From: a virus
Reading direction: 5' to 3' (one strand)
IMG/VR virus record: IMGVR_UViG_3300025093_000013
Span: 1-64,000 of that record
DNA: 64,000 nucleotides
Under the pieces are notes generated by a model that saw only the letters and a program-made list of their open reading frames with translations, had not been told where the DNA came from and did not search any database. Position numbers and translations under genes: made by a program. Within the stretch, counting starts at the first letter, position 1. Every line of letters begins with the position of its first letter. Shown piece after piece: positions 18,932-29,023 of the stretch.

Positions 18932-19914
18932 AAGCTTTACACATATACGCGGTGCATGGGGGTAGAAACTCGGGAGACTTCTTTCTAGGTCCTTCAACTA
19001 AAAAAAGGTTTGAGTCGATTATAGACTCTAGTGTTAGCTGGACTAATTTTGATGTAAGAAAGGTTGTCACACAAAAGGATATTGATTACTTCAATACCTT
19101 TGATGCGATCATAGTAGGGGGAGGAGGACTGTTCCTACCAGACACTAACCCCAACAATATATCGTGTTGGCAGTGGGCATGTTCGCATGATCTGATGTCA
19201 CAGATAACTTCTGACATTTATGTCATAGGGATAGGCTGGAATCATTTCTATGATCAAACTATTTTGATGCCCCGATCAGACAACTATGAGGATACTACAA
19301 GACAAGATATATTCAAAAAGAATGTAGAGTGTCTTGTGAGTAAATCTAAAATGTTCTCCATGAGACATAATGGAGACTGTGAGAGATTGAAGTCTCATAT
19401 AGATGAGTCTTTACACTCCAAGATCGAATTTGATCTATGCCCAGTAGTATACTATGTTAAGGATAAATACAAAGACTTTGTTGCCAATGGTGAATATCAT
19501 GTCTTTGAATTGAAGGATGACAGGCTTCATAGAAGGTATAACCGTAAGCCTATTCAAATAGTATATAAGGAGCTACTGGAAGTTATACAGTCGCTACTAG
19601 ACAGAGGAGAAAAAGTAGCCATCATGTCACATGATGGAAGTAGGTCTTTCTATAATACCGCAAGGAATCTAGGCATGGACTTACCTTTGATAGACAACAC
19701 TGTAGCGAACGAGAATAAGATCATACACAACTATGCTAAGGTCAAGCATCTTTACTGCACAGCAGGCCATAGTCAGATGATGGCATATGCCCTCAATATA
19801 CCTTTTACAAGCTTAATTACACACGATAAGCTCAAATACTTTCTAGAAGATATCAAAGAGGATCGTCCAAAGTGTTTTCTGAATGAAGATGATATAGTAG
19901 GTATTTGCAAGTGA
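18928..19914 (+). CDS. Polysaccharide pyruvyl transferase-like protein
   Basis: NSGD, IIVGGGGLF, C-terminal H..MMAYALNIP. Confidence 0.65.
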   Translation: MKALHIYAVHGGRNSGDFFLGPSTKKRFESIIDSSVSWTNFDVRKVVTQKDIDYFNTFDAIIVGGGGLFLPDTNPNNISCWQWACSHDLMSQITSDIYVIGIGWNHFYDQTILMPRSDNYEDTTRQDIFKKNVECLVSKSKMFSMRHNGDCERLKSHIDESLHSKIEFDLCPVVYYVKDKYKDFVANGEYHVFELKDDRLHRRYNRKPIQIVYKELLEVIQSLLDRGEKVAIMSHDGSRSFYNTARNLGMDLPLIDNTVANENKIIHNYAKVKHLYCTAGHSQMMAYALNIPFTSLITHDKLKYFLEDIKEDRPKCFLNEDDIVGICK

Positions 19915-20654
19915 AGATAAACATTTGTATACCTTTTAACGACCTCACGCCTCCAGGCCAAATAGGCATGGTTGTGGGAAAAAAGCCAAGCTACTACAAT
20001 CAGTTAGTTTACTTAATAAAATCCATAAAGAAGAATTGGGACTCAAATTTATTAGATTATTCAATCCATGTGTTCCATTCCAGGGAACTAAAAGAGAGTA
20101 AAAAAAATCAATTAGAGGCTCTAGGCTGCGAAGTGATAAACGACGCAGAGGAGTTAATCCCATACCTGTGCAGGGAGAACATTTTTAAGCACAGTATGGA
20201 CGGAGATTACACTTTAATTTTAGATACGGATATGATTGTTTTGAAAACTCCGTGTCTTGAATATGAAAAAGATATTTATGTAAGAAAGGCAGGGAATCAA
20301 GCAGTTGGAAATATTGATAAATTATGTGGTCTTATGGATCCTCCTCCAAAAGGTAAACTACACTTCAATGCTGGCTGTATTCTAATAAAAAATTCTATAA
20401 AGCATGAGTTATACAAAAGAAGCTATTTAAACCGCGAGATTTTAGATGATCTACTTAAACAAAACAGACACCTAGGAATGCAAGTATACATCAGCCTTTT
20501 AATACAAGGATTTTCCTGGGGATTTTTAGACAAAGGAATTAATGTTTTTTCACAGGAGCTAGGGTCTGTAGATAGAGAATCCGTATCAATACTTCATTAT
20601 CTAGGAGAACAGGGTTATACCGAAAAAATAAAAAAGATAATAGAAACAATCTAA
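19905..20654 (+). CDS. GT-A glycosyltransferase (GT8-like)
   Basis: LILDTDMIV (DxD), HFNAG, ILHY. Confidence 0.6.
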   Translation: MQVKINICIPFNDLTPPGQIGMVVGKKPSYYNQLVYLIKSIKKNWDSNLLDYSIHVFHSRELKESKKNQLEALGCEVINDAEELIPYLCRENIFKHSMDGDYTLILDTDMIVLKTPCLEYEKDIYVRKAGNQAVGNIDKLCGLMDPPPKGKLHFNAGCILIKNSIKHELYKRSYLNREILDDLLKQNRHLGMQVYISLLIQGFSWGFLDKGINVFSQELGSVDRESVSILHYLGEQGYTEKIKKIIETI

Positions 20655-20664
20655 GAGTATAGTT

Positions 20665-21309
20665 ATGGCAAATGGCATTTACAAGATTACGGAGGAGTTT
20701 GAAAAGTCTCTTTGCGAGTACACGGGTTCTAGGTTTGCAGTGGCAGTGGACAATATGAGTAACGCTTTGTTCTTGGCGTTGTACTATGAAAATAATGTTG
20801 CAAAGAGAATAACTACAGACAGAATAATAATCCCTAGCAATACATACCCTTCCGTTCCTTGCGAGATAATTCATGCTGGTTTAAAGGTTGGCTGGAGAAT
20901 GAGTGAAGGTAATACCTTGACAGGAGCCTATAGACTAGAGGGGTCTAATGTCTGGGATTCTGCATTGAGGTTTACTCACAACATGTATCAACCGAATATG
21001 CACATGTGTCTTTCGTTCACAGGACCTTATAAACATTTGAAACTATCGAAGGGAGGGGCGATCCTTACTGACGATCATGATGCTTACTTATGGTTTAAGA
21101 GAGCTAGATTTAGTGGAAGAAGAGAATGCTCGTATGAGGATGATAACTTTGACATGCTAGGTTGGAACTTTTACATGATGCCAGAACTGGCGGCTAGAGG
21201 TCTTCTGTTAATGAAACAGTTTTACAATATAGACGGAACCCCTAAAGATAATGAAGATGTAACACATACTTACCCAGATCTTAGTAAGTTCGAGGCTTAC
21301 AATACCTAA
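20665..21309 (+). CDS. DegT/DnrJ/EryC1/StrS-like aminotransferase (short form)
   Basis: FEKSLCEYTG..AVAVDNMSNALFLAL, SF..YKHL..GGAILTDD, GWNFYM. Confidence 0.75.
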   Translation: MANGIYKITEEFEKSLCEYTGSRFAVAVDNMSNALFLALYYENNVAKRITTDRIIIPSNTYPSVPCEIIHAGLKVGWRMSEGNTLTGAYRLEGSNVWDSALRFTHNMYQPNMHMCLSFTGPYKHLKLSKGGAILTDDHDAYLWFKRARFSGRRECSYEDDNFDMLGWNFYMMPELAARGLLLMKQFYNIDGTPKDNEDVTHTYPDLSKFEAYNT

Positions 21310-21953
21310 TGAAGATTGCAATAATGCAACCCTACTTCGCTCCTTACTTAGGGTATTTTCAACTAATACAAGAGGTAGATCTATTCGTATTTTATGATGA
21401 TGTCAATTTTATAAACAAAGGATGGGTAAATAGAAATTACATTACCATAAACAAGAAAACTCAAAGGTTCACTATACCTCTGAAAAAATCTAGCCAGAAC
21501 AGAAAGATAAAAGATGTAAAGGTTGATTGGGATGGTAGAGAAATGTCTAAGTTGATAAAGACATTTAGACAGAATCTCAGCCATAAACCAAAAGCGATGA
21601 AAGTTATTGAGGTTTTACTGGATGTGAAACCTGATACCATATCTGATATGGCTATTCTCTCAGTAAAATCTTTTTGTGAAGACTTAGGTATAACAACTAA
21701 ATTTGAGAAGTCGTCAGAGATACCATATACAAAAACAGATGACAAGCTACTAAACTTAGTAGAGATATGTAAGAATAAAGGTATTCACAATTATGTAAAT
21801 GCTGAGGGAGGCCATAAACTATACACTAAAGAAGAATTTGAGTCTAATGGAGTAAAGTTAGAATTTATAAAAGGAACACCTTCCTCATCCATGCTGGATA
21901 TTATAGACTCTGTAGACATAAAAGAAAGGTTGTTTGATTATGAGACCATTTAG
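21309..21953 (+). CDS. WbqC-family protein
   Basis: AIMQPYFAPYLGYFQLI..FVFYDDVNF..GWVNRN. Confidence 0.88.
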   Translation: MKIAIMQPYFAPYLGYFQLIQEVDLFVFYDDVNFINKGWVNRNYITINKKTQRFTIPLKKSSQNRKIKDVKVDWDGREMSKLIKTFRQNLSHKPKAMKVIEVLLDVKPDTISDMAILSVKSFCEDLGITTKFEKSSEIPYTKTDDKLLNLVEICKNKGIHNYVNAEGGHKLYTKEEFESNGVKLEFIKGTPSSSMLDIIDSVDIKERLFDYETI

Positions 21954-22704
21954 TATTTGCAATATAGACATGGAGGCGTCTACTCAGACGGTACTGCAAA
22001 GACTCGAACCAGTGTGGGGAAAGTATAAAGCCTATCACATTCACAATGTCAAGGGCATAGACTTCCAAAAGCAGTATGAAGAAGCCGCAGAGGGTCTAGG
22101 GACTATACGGCTGTGTCATCCTGTAAACGATAAAAGCACTAAGTTTTCAAAATCAAGAGATGTGAAGTACGACCCAAGTATTTATCATTACTTCGCATCT
22201 AATACGAGACAGCCTTTACACTCTGATTATGCATACTATCATGACACTGAGAGTCCTGACTGGCTAATGTTATATTGCATTAAACCCTCTGAGTATGGTG
22301 GGAAGACTCATCTATTCTCTACAGACTCCTTAATCTCGATACTGAAGAAGTATGATCCTAGTCTGTTGGAAGATATTCAAACAGAGGTTACTTGGAAATA
22401 TACTGGAGTAGATGGAGATAAGATTCATAAGAAACCAATACTTGATGGCTCTAGAATTAATTGGAACTACTGGCAGATAAAAAAAGATCTTAACACACTA
22501 GAGGTCATGAGGATCCGAGAAGAGTTCTTTACATTCTTAGAAAATGTCATCGTAGGTGGAAATATGTACGACTTTTCTAAAACTTGGAGCCAGGGAGATT
22601 GTATAATATTCAATGACAAATACAATCTGCATGGTAGAGATGCTTTCTTGGGAGATAGGTGGCTAAAAGATTATGCGTTTTATGAAAAGAAGGAGATGTC
22701 CTGA
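21940..22704 (+). CDS. TauD/TfdA-like Fe(II)/2-oxoglutarate dioxygenase
   Basis: LHSD (HxD), LYC..GGKT, W.QGDCIIFND...LHGR. Confidence 0.8.
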   Translation: MRPFSICNIDMEASTQTVLQRLEPVWGKYKAYHIHNVKGIDFQKQYEEAAEGLGTIRLCHPVNDKSTKFSKSRDVKYDPSIYHYFASNTRQPLHSDYAYYHDTESPDWLMLYCIKPSEYGGKTHLFSTDSLISILKKYDPSLLEDIQTEVTWKYTGVDGDKIHKKPILDGSRINWNYWQIKKDLNTLEVMRIREEFFTFLENVIVGGNMYDFSKTWSQGDCIIFNDKYNLHGRDAFLGDRWLKDYAFYEKKEMS

Positions 22705-22706
22705 TC

Positions 22707-23369
22707 ATGAATGATACCTTAGAAATATCTAAAGATATAGCATCCACCATGCTAGGCAAAGATGACCGTAATTTTAAAAGAATTCACCATTACAGTCATC
22801 ACATATTGCTACACATAAAAGATCATTTGATGAAGGAGAGTTGTAAGAATTATTTTGAAATAGGCACTCATTTTGGGCATAGCCTGTGTACAGTTCTTCA
22901 AAGCGATTATGAGTCTAAGTTTGTTAGTTGTGATTTGTTCTCTGTAGGAGGAACGATTGCTACGGATTGCTCTGTAAGAGATGTAGAGAAACTAGCTAAT
23001 GATAATGTTAATCTGTTTAATAAACACAACTATGATTGCAAAATTATAAAAGGAAACTCTCACGCACCCAGCACGGTAGAAAAAGTTAAAGCCTTGTTAC
23101 CAGAGGGTATTGATTTACTTTTCATTGATGGTGATCATAGAGGAGATGCTGTTCGTAAAGACTTTGATTCTTACTTTCCTCTAGTAAACTCTGGAGGGTA
23201 TATTGTATTTGATGACTACTATCCTCGCGTGTACAAAGGTAATTCGAGGGAGTGTCCTAAGGCTATAGACTCGTTGGTCAATAAACACAAGAACCAACTG
23301 GATATTATTGGAGATGCAAAGGACCACTACGATCCAGATAACTTGGATTTTATAGTGAGAAAGATATGA
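22707..23369 (+). CDS. Class I SAM methyltransferase (Methyltransf_24-like)
   Basis: EIGTHFGHS, IDLLFIDGDH, GGYIVFDDY. Confidence 0.85.
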   Translation: MNDTLEISKDIASTMLGKDDRNFKRIHHYSHHILLHIKDHLMKESCKNYFEIGTHFGHSLCTVLQSDYESKFVSCDLFSVGGTIATDCSVRDVEKLANDNVNLFNKHNYDCKIIKGNSHAPSTVEKVKALLPEGIDLLFIDGDHRGDAVRKDFDSYFPLVNSGGYIVFDDYYPRVYKGNSRECPKAIDSLVNKHKNQLDIIGDAKDHYDPDNLDFIVRKI

Positions 23370-23674
23370 TAATCTATGTAGACATTGATGAAACTATCTG
23401 CGATACACCAGATAGTCGAGACTATACGCAAAGCATCCCTTTAAAGGATAGAATAGCCAAGATAAACAAGCTCCATGATGAAGGTCATACGATTGTTTAC
23501 TGGACTGCACGGGGAACCCTTTCAGGTAAGTGCTGGAGAGAGGTTACCGAGAAACAGTTTTCTGAGTGGGGTGTTAAATATTCTAGTCTAGAGTTCAAGA
23601 AACCTTTCTATGATCTATTCATAGATGACCGCAACATCAACAGTGACACTTACTTTAATGAAGAATCTAACTGA
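23366..23674 (+). CDS. HAD-like small phosphatase (capsule-biosynthesis type)
   Basis: YVDIDETI, WTARG, KP.YDLFIDDR. Confidence 0.75.
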   Translation: MIIYVDIDETICDTPDSRDYTQSIPLKDRIAKINKLHDEGHTIVYWTARGTLSGKCWREVTEKQFSEWGVKYSSLEFKKPFYDLFIDDRNINSDTYFNEESN

Positions 23675-24365
23675 ACTAAAAAACATACACGCAGGGAAAG
23701 ACATTTATATCCTTGGAGCAGGGGCTTCTCTTGATCACATTGATAAGTCTTTCTTTGATGGAAAGATCTGTATTGGCATAAACAGAGTTGGTAAGTTTTA
23801 TGAATGTGATTACATAATGACTAAGGACTCCAGAGGGTTTGACAGCATCCTTAAAGGAACGCTTGGAACTCCTAAGATACTATTATCAAAGTACGAGACT
23901 GGGGACCCAGGTAGAGGTTTGAACTTTATGGAAGGTGATGTTTATATTTATGATCACTTCTCAAAACCTCGTCAGATGCCAATGGTGGATGAAATATCAA
24001 AAAAAGTAGATAAACTAGTTGTCAGCTTTTCTACTATTACAACAGGCATTCACGCAGCCGCATACATGGGAGCAAAAAACATAATCATATGTGGACATGA
24101 TTGTGGGGCTTTGGATGGTAAGACTGCCCTCAAAGGTTATCATGAGGATCTTCGACCCCATCACGGCTCTGCTGAAGCTTATGCTACTTGGCTAGGCATG
24201 ATAGAAGACCATACAGTTAGCGTAAAGAAGAAGCTACAGTCAGAGTATGGCTGTAACATCATGTCATTGAACCCTTTTATAAACTTTAACTTAGAAGGTC
24301 ACAAGTATGCTAGATCTTCAAATATTGTCATACCTGTCAACACAACCAAATTTAGAAAGCGATGA
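23658..24365 (+). CDS. DUF115/Maf-like nonulosonate transferase-like protein
   Basis: LKNIHAGKDIYILGAGASL, IGIN, AAYMGAKNIIICGHD. Confidence 0.65.
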   Translation: MKNLTELKNIHAGKDIYILGAGASLDHIDKSFFDGKICIGINRVGKFYECDYIMTKDSRGFDSILKGTLGTPKILLSKYETGDPGRGLNFMEGDVYIYDHFSKPRQMPMVDEISKKVDKLVVSFSTITTGIHAAAYMGAKNIIICGHDCGALDGKTALKGYHEDLRPHHGSAEAYATWLGMIEDHTVSVKKKLQSEYGCNIMSLNPFINFNLEGHKYARSSNIVIPVNTTKFRKR

Positions 24366-24754
24366 GCAAATCAATTCATTACAAAAGAGTGGATGAGTTT
24401 CATAAGGCATACGATATGCCAAGAGGAACTGTAACCCTTAGTGAAGATTTTACTAAGATTACCAAGGAAGACGCAGATCGTATAAGGCTTCGCTTTGAAC
24501 TAAACAATGAAGAGTTCAAAGAGCTTGTAACAGCAGAGACTCCTGCTGAGATTATGAAGGAGGCTTGCGACCTAGTTTATGTCATCCTAGGTATGTTTGT
24601 GGAGTTCGGTTGGAACTTCGATGAGGCATTCAAGAGAGTGCATGAAAGTAACATGAGTAAGCTTGATGAAGAGGGCAAGCCTATTCGTAGAGAGGATGGT
24701 AAGATCCTGAAAGGCCCTAATTATCAAGCCCCAGATTTACGGGATTTAGTCTGA
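24362..24754 (+). CDS. MazG/PRA-PH-like NTP pyrophosphohydrolase
   Basis: EEFKEL, KEACDLVYV, VHESNMSK, REDGKILKGPNY. Confidence 0.88.
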   Translation: MSKSIHYKRVDEFHKAYDMPRGTVTLSEDFTKITKEDADRIRLRFELNNEEFKELVTAETPAEIMKEACDLVYVILGMFVEFGWNFDEAFKRVHESNMSKLDEEGKPIRREDGKILKGPNYQAPDLRDLV

Positions 24755-24783
24755 TAGAAGTCAAATTTCAACTATTATAGACT

Positions 24784-25758
24784 ATGCGCGATGATGTAAT
24801 CAAGTCCCTCAAAACTGCGGGACTTCTTTCCGATCAGAAGCTTGACCTTGGCTTCGTTTCAACAGGGTCCTACGCTCTCAACAAGATCTGCTCTGGTGAC
24901 TACCAAAAGGGAATCCCCATTGGTATGATTACGCAGTTTCATGGTGAGGCATCCACAGCTAAGACTGTATTTGTTACCCATATCCTTGCCAACGCACAGA
25001 AGCAAGGGTATCATACAGTTCTTATTGACGCTGAGAATGCTTACAACTCAGAGTTTGCATCAACACTAGGTATTGATCCAAACAACCTGATCTACGCAGC
25101 ACCTCATACTTTGGAGGATTGCTTTGCTACCATGGAAACTCTCATCAGAGAGATTCGTGAAGTTGATAAAGAGACTCCAATTGTTATTGGCTACGATAGT
25201 ATTGCCGTATCACCTAGCAAAGAGGAGATGACAAAGACTGATTATGAATCACACCAAATGACAGGTGCGATGAGAGCTAAGGTAACGGGTGCTTGCCTAC
25301 GCAAGATCAACCCACTACTGCGCGAGTTTGGTGTTGCTCTGGTCATTGTGAACCAGATCCGCAACAAGGTGGGTGTGATGTATGGTGATCCTAGAACGCC
25401 AGCAGCAGGAGGTAAATCTCTTGAATACTACCTCGGTCTGAACTTCATGACCTCTGCTCCAAAGAATGAGAGGATACAAGACGATAATAAAAGCGTGGTA
25501 GGTATCCGTGGTAAGGTAGCTAATGTAAAGAACAAAGTGACTAAACCTTTCCAAGATGCAGAGTTTGAACTATTATATGATGTAGGTCTAACTCCGCACT
25601 ATGGAGTGCTTGATCTTCTGGTCAAGGACAAGATAGTAGAACGGTCTGGTGCTTGGTATCAATTTGGCGAAGAGGCCAAGTTTCAAGCCAAGACATTCAA
25701 CGAAGGGTTTATGACTGACGATAAGTTCAAGACACTAAGGGAGAAGATAGGACTATGA
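24784..25758 (+). CDS. recA: RecA/UvsX recombinase
   Basis: STGSYALN, G.ASTAKT (Walker A variant), IDAENA, YDSIA, NQIR, GGKSLEYY, KNKV. Confidence 0.9.
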   Translation: MRDDVIKSLKTAGLLSDQKLDLGFVSTGSYALNKICSGDYQKGIPIGMITQFHGEASTAKTVFVTHILANAQKQGYHTVLIDAENAYNSEFASTLGIDPNNLIYAAPHTLEDCFATMETLIREIREVDKETPIVIGYDSIAVSPSKEEMTKTDYESHQMTGAMRAKVTGACLRKINPLLREFGVALVIVNQIRNKVGVMYGDPRTPAAGGKSLEYYLGLNFMTSAPKNERIQDDNKSVVGIRGKVANVKNKVTKPFQDAEFELLYDVGLTPHYGVLDLLVKDKIVERSGAWYQFGEEAKFQAKTFNEGFMTDDKFKTLREKIGL

Positions 25759-25970
25759 CAGACTTTATCAAGCAACTCGATAAGCTCATCGAGAAGGCAA
25801 TGAAAAAAGAACTTAGTAAGAGCAAGAAGCCTGAGACTACTATACAGGAGTACAAGGACATTGAGGACTACCAGCGTAAGACAGGTAAGCGATTCCGTAT
25901 GCTCAAGGAGCAGAAAGAGCGTGGTCTGTCCCGTGAGGAAGCCTTCGCTGAAATGTTCCACACTAAGTAA
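25755..25970 (+). CDS. Hypothetical protein
   Basis: ORF coupled to recA (ATGA overlap). Confidence 0.6.
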   Translation: MTDFIKQLDKLIEKAMKKELSKSKKPETTIQEYKDIEDYQRKTGKRFRMLKEQKERGLSREEAFAEMFHTK

Positions 25971-25994
25971 ACTACATAGTATAGGAGGTGTCAC

Positions 25995-26279
25995 ATGATG
26001 ACACGCACGAAAATCAAGGTTGGAGACAAGAACTACATCTACGATGACCAGCTTAGGTTCTTCTTGAACCGTCCTACCGACGATAAGACCAAAGCTACTC
26101 TTAATAATTATGTCCAAATGTGGTCCATGTACAATGCGATTAACGACCTATACGAACAAGATAATTCCGTGGCAACGCTTCGATGGGACGATGAGTCTGG
26201 TGAGGCTCTCTTTACTTTCCCAAAGGAAGGCGTTGTCATGGACACTCTCAAAGATAAGGGATTTACACTAGATGACTGA
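25995..26279 (+). CDS. Hypothetical protein
   Basis: Strong SD TAGGAGGTG upstream. Confidence 0.65.
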   Translation: MMTRTKIKVGDKNYIYDDQLRFFLNRPTDDKTKATLNNYVQMWSMYNAINDLYEQDNSVATLRWDDESGEALFTFPKEGVVMDTLKDKGFTLDD

Positions 26280-26565
26280 TTATACTTTTGATGGGGATTA
26301 TGTGCCCCTAGCATACGATACTGACCCTAAATACTTCGACCTATCCATCCCCGCAGATTTTATTCCTAATGCGGAGGATATGATGAATTGGTTGGACTGG
26401 CAGCAGTCCATGGTGCCTAAAATGTACCGCGATAACCCTGATGTGTGGCAAATCTATGATTTAGAAGGCTACCAAGCGTTTATCAGCGACTATATATCTA
26501 TAAAGGCTGCTGAGGATTATTATGGCAAAAGTATACATACCAAAGACAGACCATTTATCTCCTGA
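26272..26565 (+). CDS. Hypothetical protein
   Basis: Overlapping operon-style ORF. Confidence 0.55.
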   Translation: MTDYTFDGDYVPLAYDTDPKYFDLSIPADFIPNAEDMMNWLDWQQSMVPKMYRDNPDVWQIYDLEGYQAFISDYISIKAAEDYYGKSIHTKDRPFIS

Positions 26566-26866
26566 GAGATTAAAGAAGGCTTGTGCAGACATGCTCAAGC
26601 AAGCTAAGGAAGATAGAAACTTAGCAAAACAAGCGTATGAGTTCTTCAAGGAAATTGTAGACAACTCCGCTCACTCTGACGAGATCAGAGACATGGACGC
26701 TCGTAAGTGCATGATCGAGTGCTTAAAGCTCATGCAATCTGCCCAGAATACCGCGATAAAAGGGTTAGATACATTTATCAAGGCTGAAGAAAAACTCAGC
26801 AAGAGCAGAAGCACTACTACTATGAAGGACGAGGAACCACCTTCATGGAAGGATCTGAGCGAGTAA
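26522..26866 (+). CDS. Hypothetical helical protein
   Basis: Operon-style ORF. Confidence 0.55.
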   Translation: MAKVYIPKTDHLSPERLKKACADMLKQAKEDRNLAKQAYEFFKEIVDNSAHSDEIRDMDARKCMIECLKLMQSAQNTAIKGLDTFIKAEEKLSKSRSTTTMKDEEPPSWKDLSE

Positions 26867-26871
26867 ATAAT

Positions 26872-28242
26872 ATGTCCAAAGACGGCAACACATTCAAAGT
26901 ATTCTGTGACGCTATTAACGAGATTATCTCTGTCCGTGCATTAGACACAAATAAGCTTGAGAAATACAGGCAGGATGTCTACAAGATGGTCAAGGGTGCA
27001 AACTCTATAGACCTACTTGATTACGAGATCAAGGTAATCACAGACTTTGTTGTCGATTCAAGCAAGCTTCTTGCAAAGTGTGAGAAGCACATCAAAGAGA
27101 ACTTTGAGGATGATTTCGATAGTGTCTACGCAGGCATTATCGAAAGCATTTACATGTCAGTTTGTCAGGTGTACCCTAACCTGCAACTGGAGAACATTGT
27201 ACAATCTCTAAACCAAGAGACGCTCAAAGGTTTTCTTAATTCGTTCCTAGAAGAACTATATGATAAGACTGATGAAAAAGCGCCTAAGAAAAGAACTAGG
27301 CGTCGAACTGGAAGCAGACTCGTTGACGATAGCCCAGAGGGTAAAGAACGCTCTCTTAAGACCCTTGCTGATATTCACAAGCTAGAGGCACAGCTACGCA
27401 AAGAGGTGATTGGTCAGGACGAGGCCATTGAGAGCGTGGTACGCTATGTGAAGCTCATGGTAGCCAACCTCGCCCAGAATGTCTCCCTGATGTTCATTGG
27501 CCCTACAGGCGTTGGTAAGACCAAGCTGGCTAAGGTGCTAGGTGACCACTACTCAGGTAATTTCTTTAAGATCAACTGCTCTGAGTACGCACAGCAGCAC
27601 GAATACGCTAAACTTATTGGATCTCCTCCTGGCTATGTAGGTAGCACCGAGAAGTCCATCCTACAAGTAAAAGCAGAGAAGAGTAATAAGTGGGTGCTTC
27701 TTTTTGATGAGATTGAGAAGGCATCACCTAAGCTCTTCGACTTCATGCTTGCCCTTATGGATGACGGCAAGGTTATGGCATCTAATGGACAAGAGCTAGA
27801 CTTCTCCGAAAGTATCATCCTAATGACCTCTAACGAGGGTATAAAGGACGCAAACATCGGAGAGAGTACCTTGGGCTTCGGGAAGCAAACGATCACCTAC
27901 GAAGGCTCTAAGGACGCTATCAAGAAGTCTGTGAAGAAGAAGTTCAGCCCTGAGTTTATTGGTAGAGTTGATGAGATGGTACATTTTAACTATCTCAGCA
28001 AGGAGGATCTTCTCAAAGTAGCGAAACTTGAGATAAAAAACCTACCAGTTCGTAAAACCAAGGCACTTCTTAACTATATAATTGAGAACGGTACTTCGGA
28101 ACAATACGGAGCGCGGTTCATCGCAAAGTTTATCACCCGTGAGGTTAAGTCTCTCCTAGCTGACAACATTCTTAGTGGAGAGGAGCCCAAGACTGGTAAG
28201 CTTTACGATGTAAAGGTAAAGAATAATAAATTAGTAATATGA
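26872..28242 (+). CDS. Clp/Hsp100-type AAA+ ATPase (single D2-like module)
   Basis: VIGQDEAI, GPTGVGKT, LIGSPPGYVG, FDEIEKA, LMTSN, LGF loop, FSPEFIGRVD, YGAR. Confidence 0.9.
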   Translation: MSKDGNTFKVFCDAINEIISVRALDTNKLEKYRQDVYKMVKGANSIDLLDYEIKVITDFVVDSSKLLAKCEKHIKENFEDDFDSVYAGIIESIYMSVCQVYPNLQLENIVQSLNQETLKGFLNSFLEELYDKTDEKAPKKRTRRRTGSRLVDDSPEGKERSLKTLADIHKLEAQLRKEVIGQDEAIESVVRYVKLMVANLAQNVSLMFIGPTGVGKTKLAKVLGDHYSGNFFKINCSEYAQQHEYAKLIGSPPGYVGSTEKSILQVKAEKSNKWVLLFDEIEKASPKLFDFMLALMDDGKVMASNGQELDFSESIILMTSNEGIKDANIGESTLGFGKQTITYEGSKDAIKKSVKKKFSPEFIGRVDEMVHFNYLSKEDLLKVAKLEIKNLPVRKTKALLNYIIENGTSEQYGARFIAKFITREVKSLLADNILSGEEPKTGKLYDVKVKNNKLVI

Positions 28243-28439
28243 GACGCTCACTTGCACAAAGACAAAGACAAAGAGCAGCGGCCCATTCCGCAAAGAAAAG
28301 AGGTGTAATCTCTACACCCGCACCTGAGCCTGTAAAGGAAGTTGTAGAGGAGGAAGAGGACGCAGCAGAGCTTGAATACCAAGAGAAGACCACTCGCAAA
28401 AAGCGCAGCTATACCCGCCGTAAGAAAAAGGACCAATGA
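28239..28439 (+). CDS. Small charged hypothetical protein
   Basis: ORF coupled to the ATPase gene. Confidence 0.5.
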   Translation: MRRSLAQRQRQRAAAHSAKKRGVISTPAPEPVKEVVEEEEDAAELEYQEKTTRKKRSYTRRKKKDQ

Positions 28440-28501
28440 TCACCTTTAGCCGCCTTGGGTGTGCAATACGCCTTTCGTGCTGGAGATGAACTTCGCTGCC
28501 G

Positions 28502-28527
28502 CCTGCCCCTTCGGGGGCAGGTTTTTT
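28502..28527 (+). terminator. Intrinsic terminator
   Basis: CCTGCCCC-TTCG-GGGGCAGG followed by TTTTTT. Confidence 0.9.
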
Positions 28528-28583
28528 ATAATAAAATCGCTTAGGGGTATGTACTATAGTAGATAAGGTATCGGGATTTTATT

Positions 28584-28808
28584 ATGAGCGGAACAGTTAT
28601 CTCAAAGGATACCTTGATGCCAGTGAGTTTTGTCGTAACACTCGTCGCTGGTTTATTTTGGATGAGCAGCAAGCTTACAGATATTGAGATCAAGCTTGAC
28701 AAGATGGAGACAAAGTTAGAGGATCAATGGAGTTCCACAGAGATGGAAAACTGGTCGCTAAAGCTTAAGATGGCTAACCCTGATATTGATATCCCTGAGG
28801 TGAGATGA
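28584..28808 (+). CDS. Small membrane protein (one TM plus coiled coil)
   Basis: Hydrophobic VSFVVTLVAGLFWM followed by a heptad region. Confidence 0.55.
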   Translation: MSGTVISKDTLMPVSFVVTLVAGLFWMSSKLTDIEIKLDKMETKLEDQWSSTEMENWSLKLKMANPDIDIPEVR

Positions 28809-28993
28809 TGTTTGATAGAATAAGAGATCTTTTGATTGGCGAAAGTGACGCTCCAAAGAAAGGAGAGTCTAAGGAAGACTTCGTAAAAAGAGTTGCACCA
28901 AAAGCTCATGCGGAGGTTGCTGGTAAGGGTAAGAGACAACCTGCAACCAAGAGAAACATCCTTGCAGCAATCAGAGGAAGAAGAAGTAGGTGA
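28805..28993 (+). CDS. Small basic protein, putative internal head protein
   Basis: N-terminal FDRIRDLLIGE resembles a motif shared with other basic ORFs. Confidence 0.5.
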   Translation: MMFDRIRDLLIGESDAPKKGESKEDFVKRVAPKAHAEVAGKGKRQPATKRNILAAIRGRRSR

Positions 28994-28994
28994 T

Positions 28995-29023
28995 TTGAAA
29001 TAGGTCCCCCATCGTTCTATAAT
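28995..29023 (+). promoter_or_regulatory. Sigma70-type promoter for the tRNA cluster
   Basis: TTGAAA-N17-TATAAT. Confidence 0.8.
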
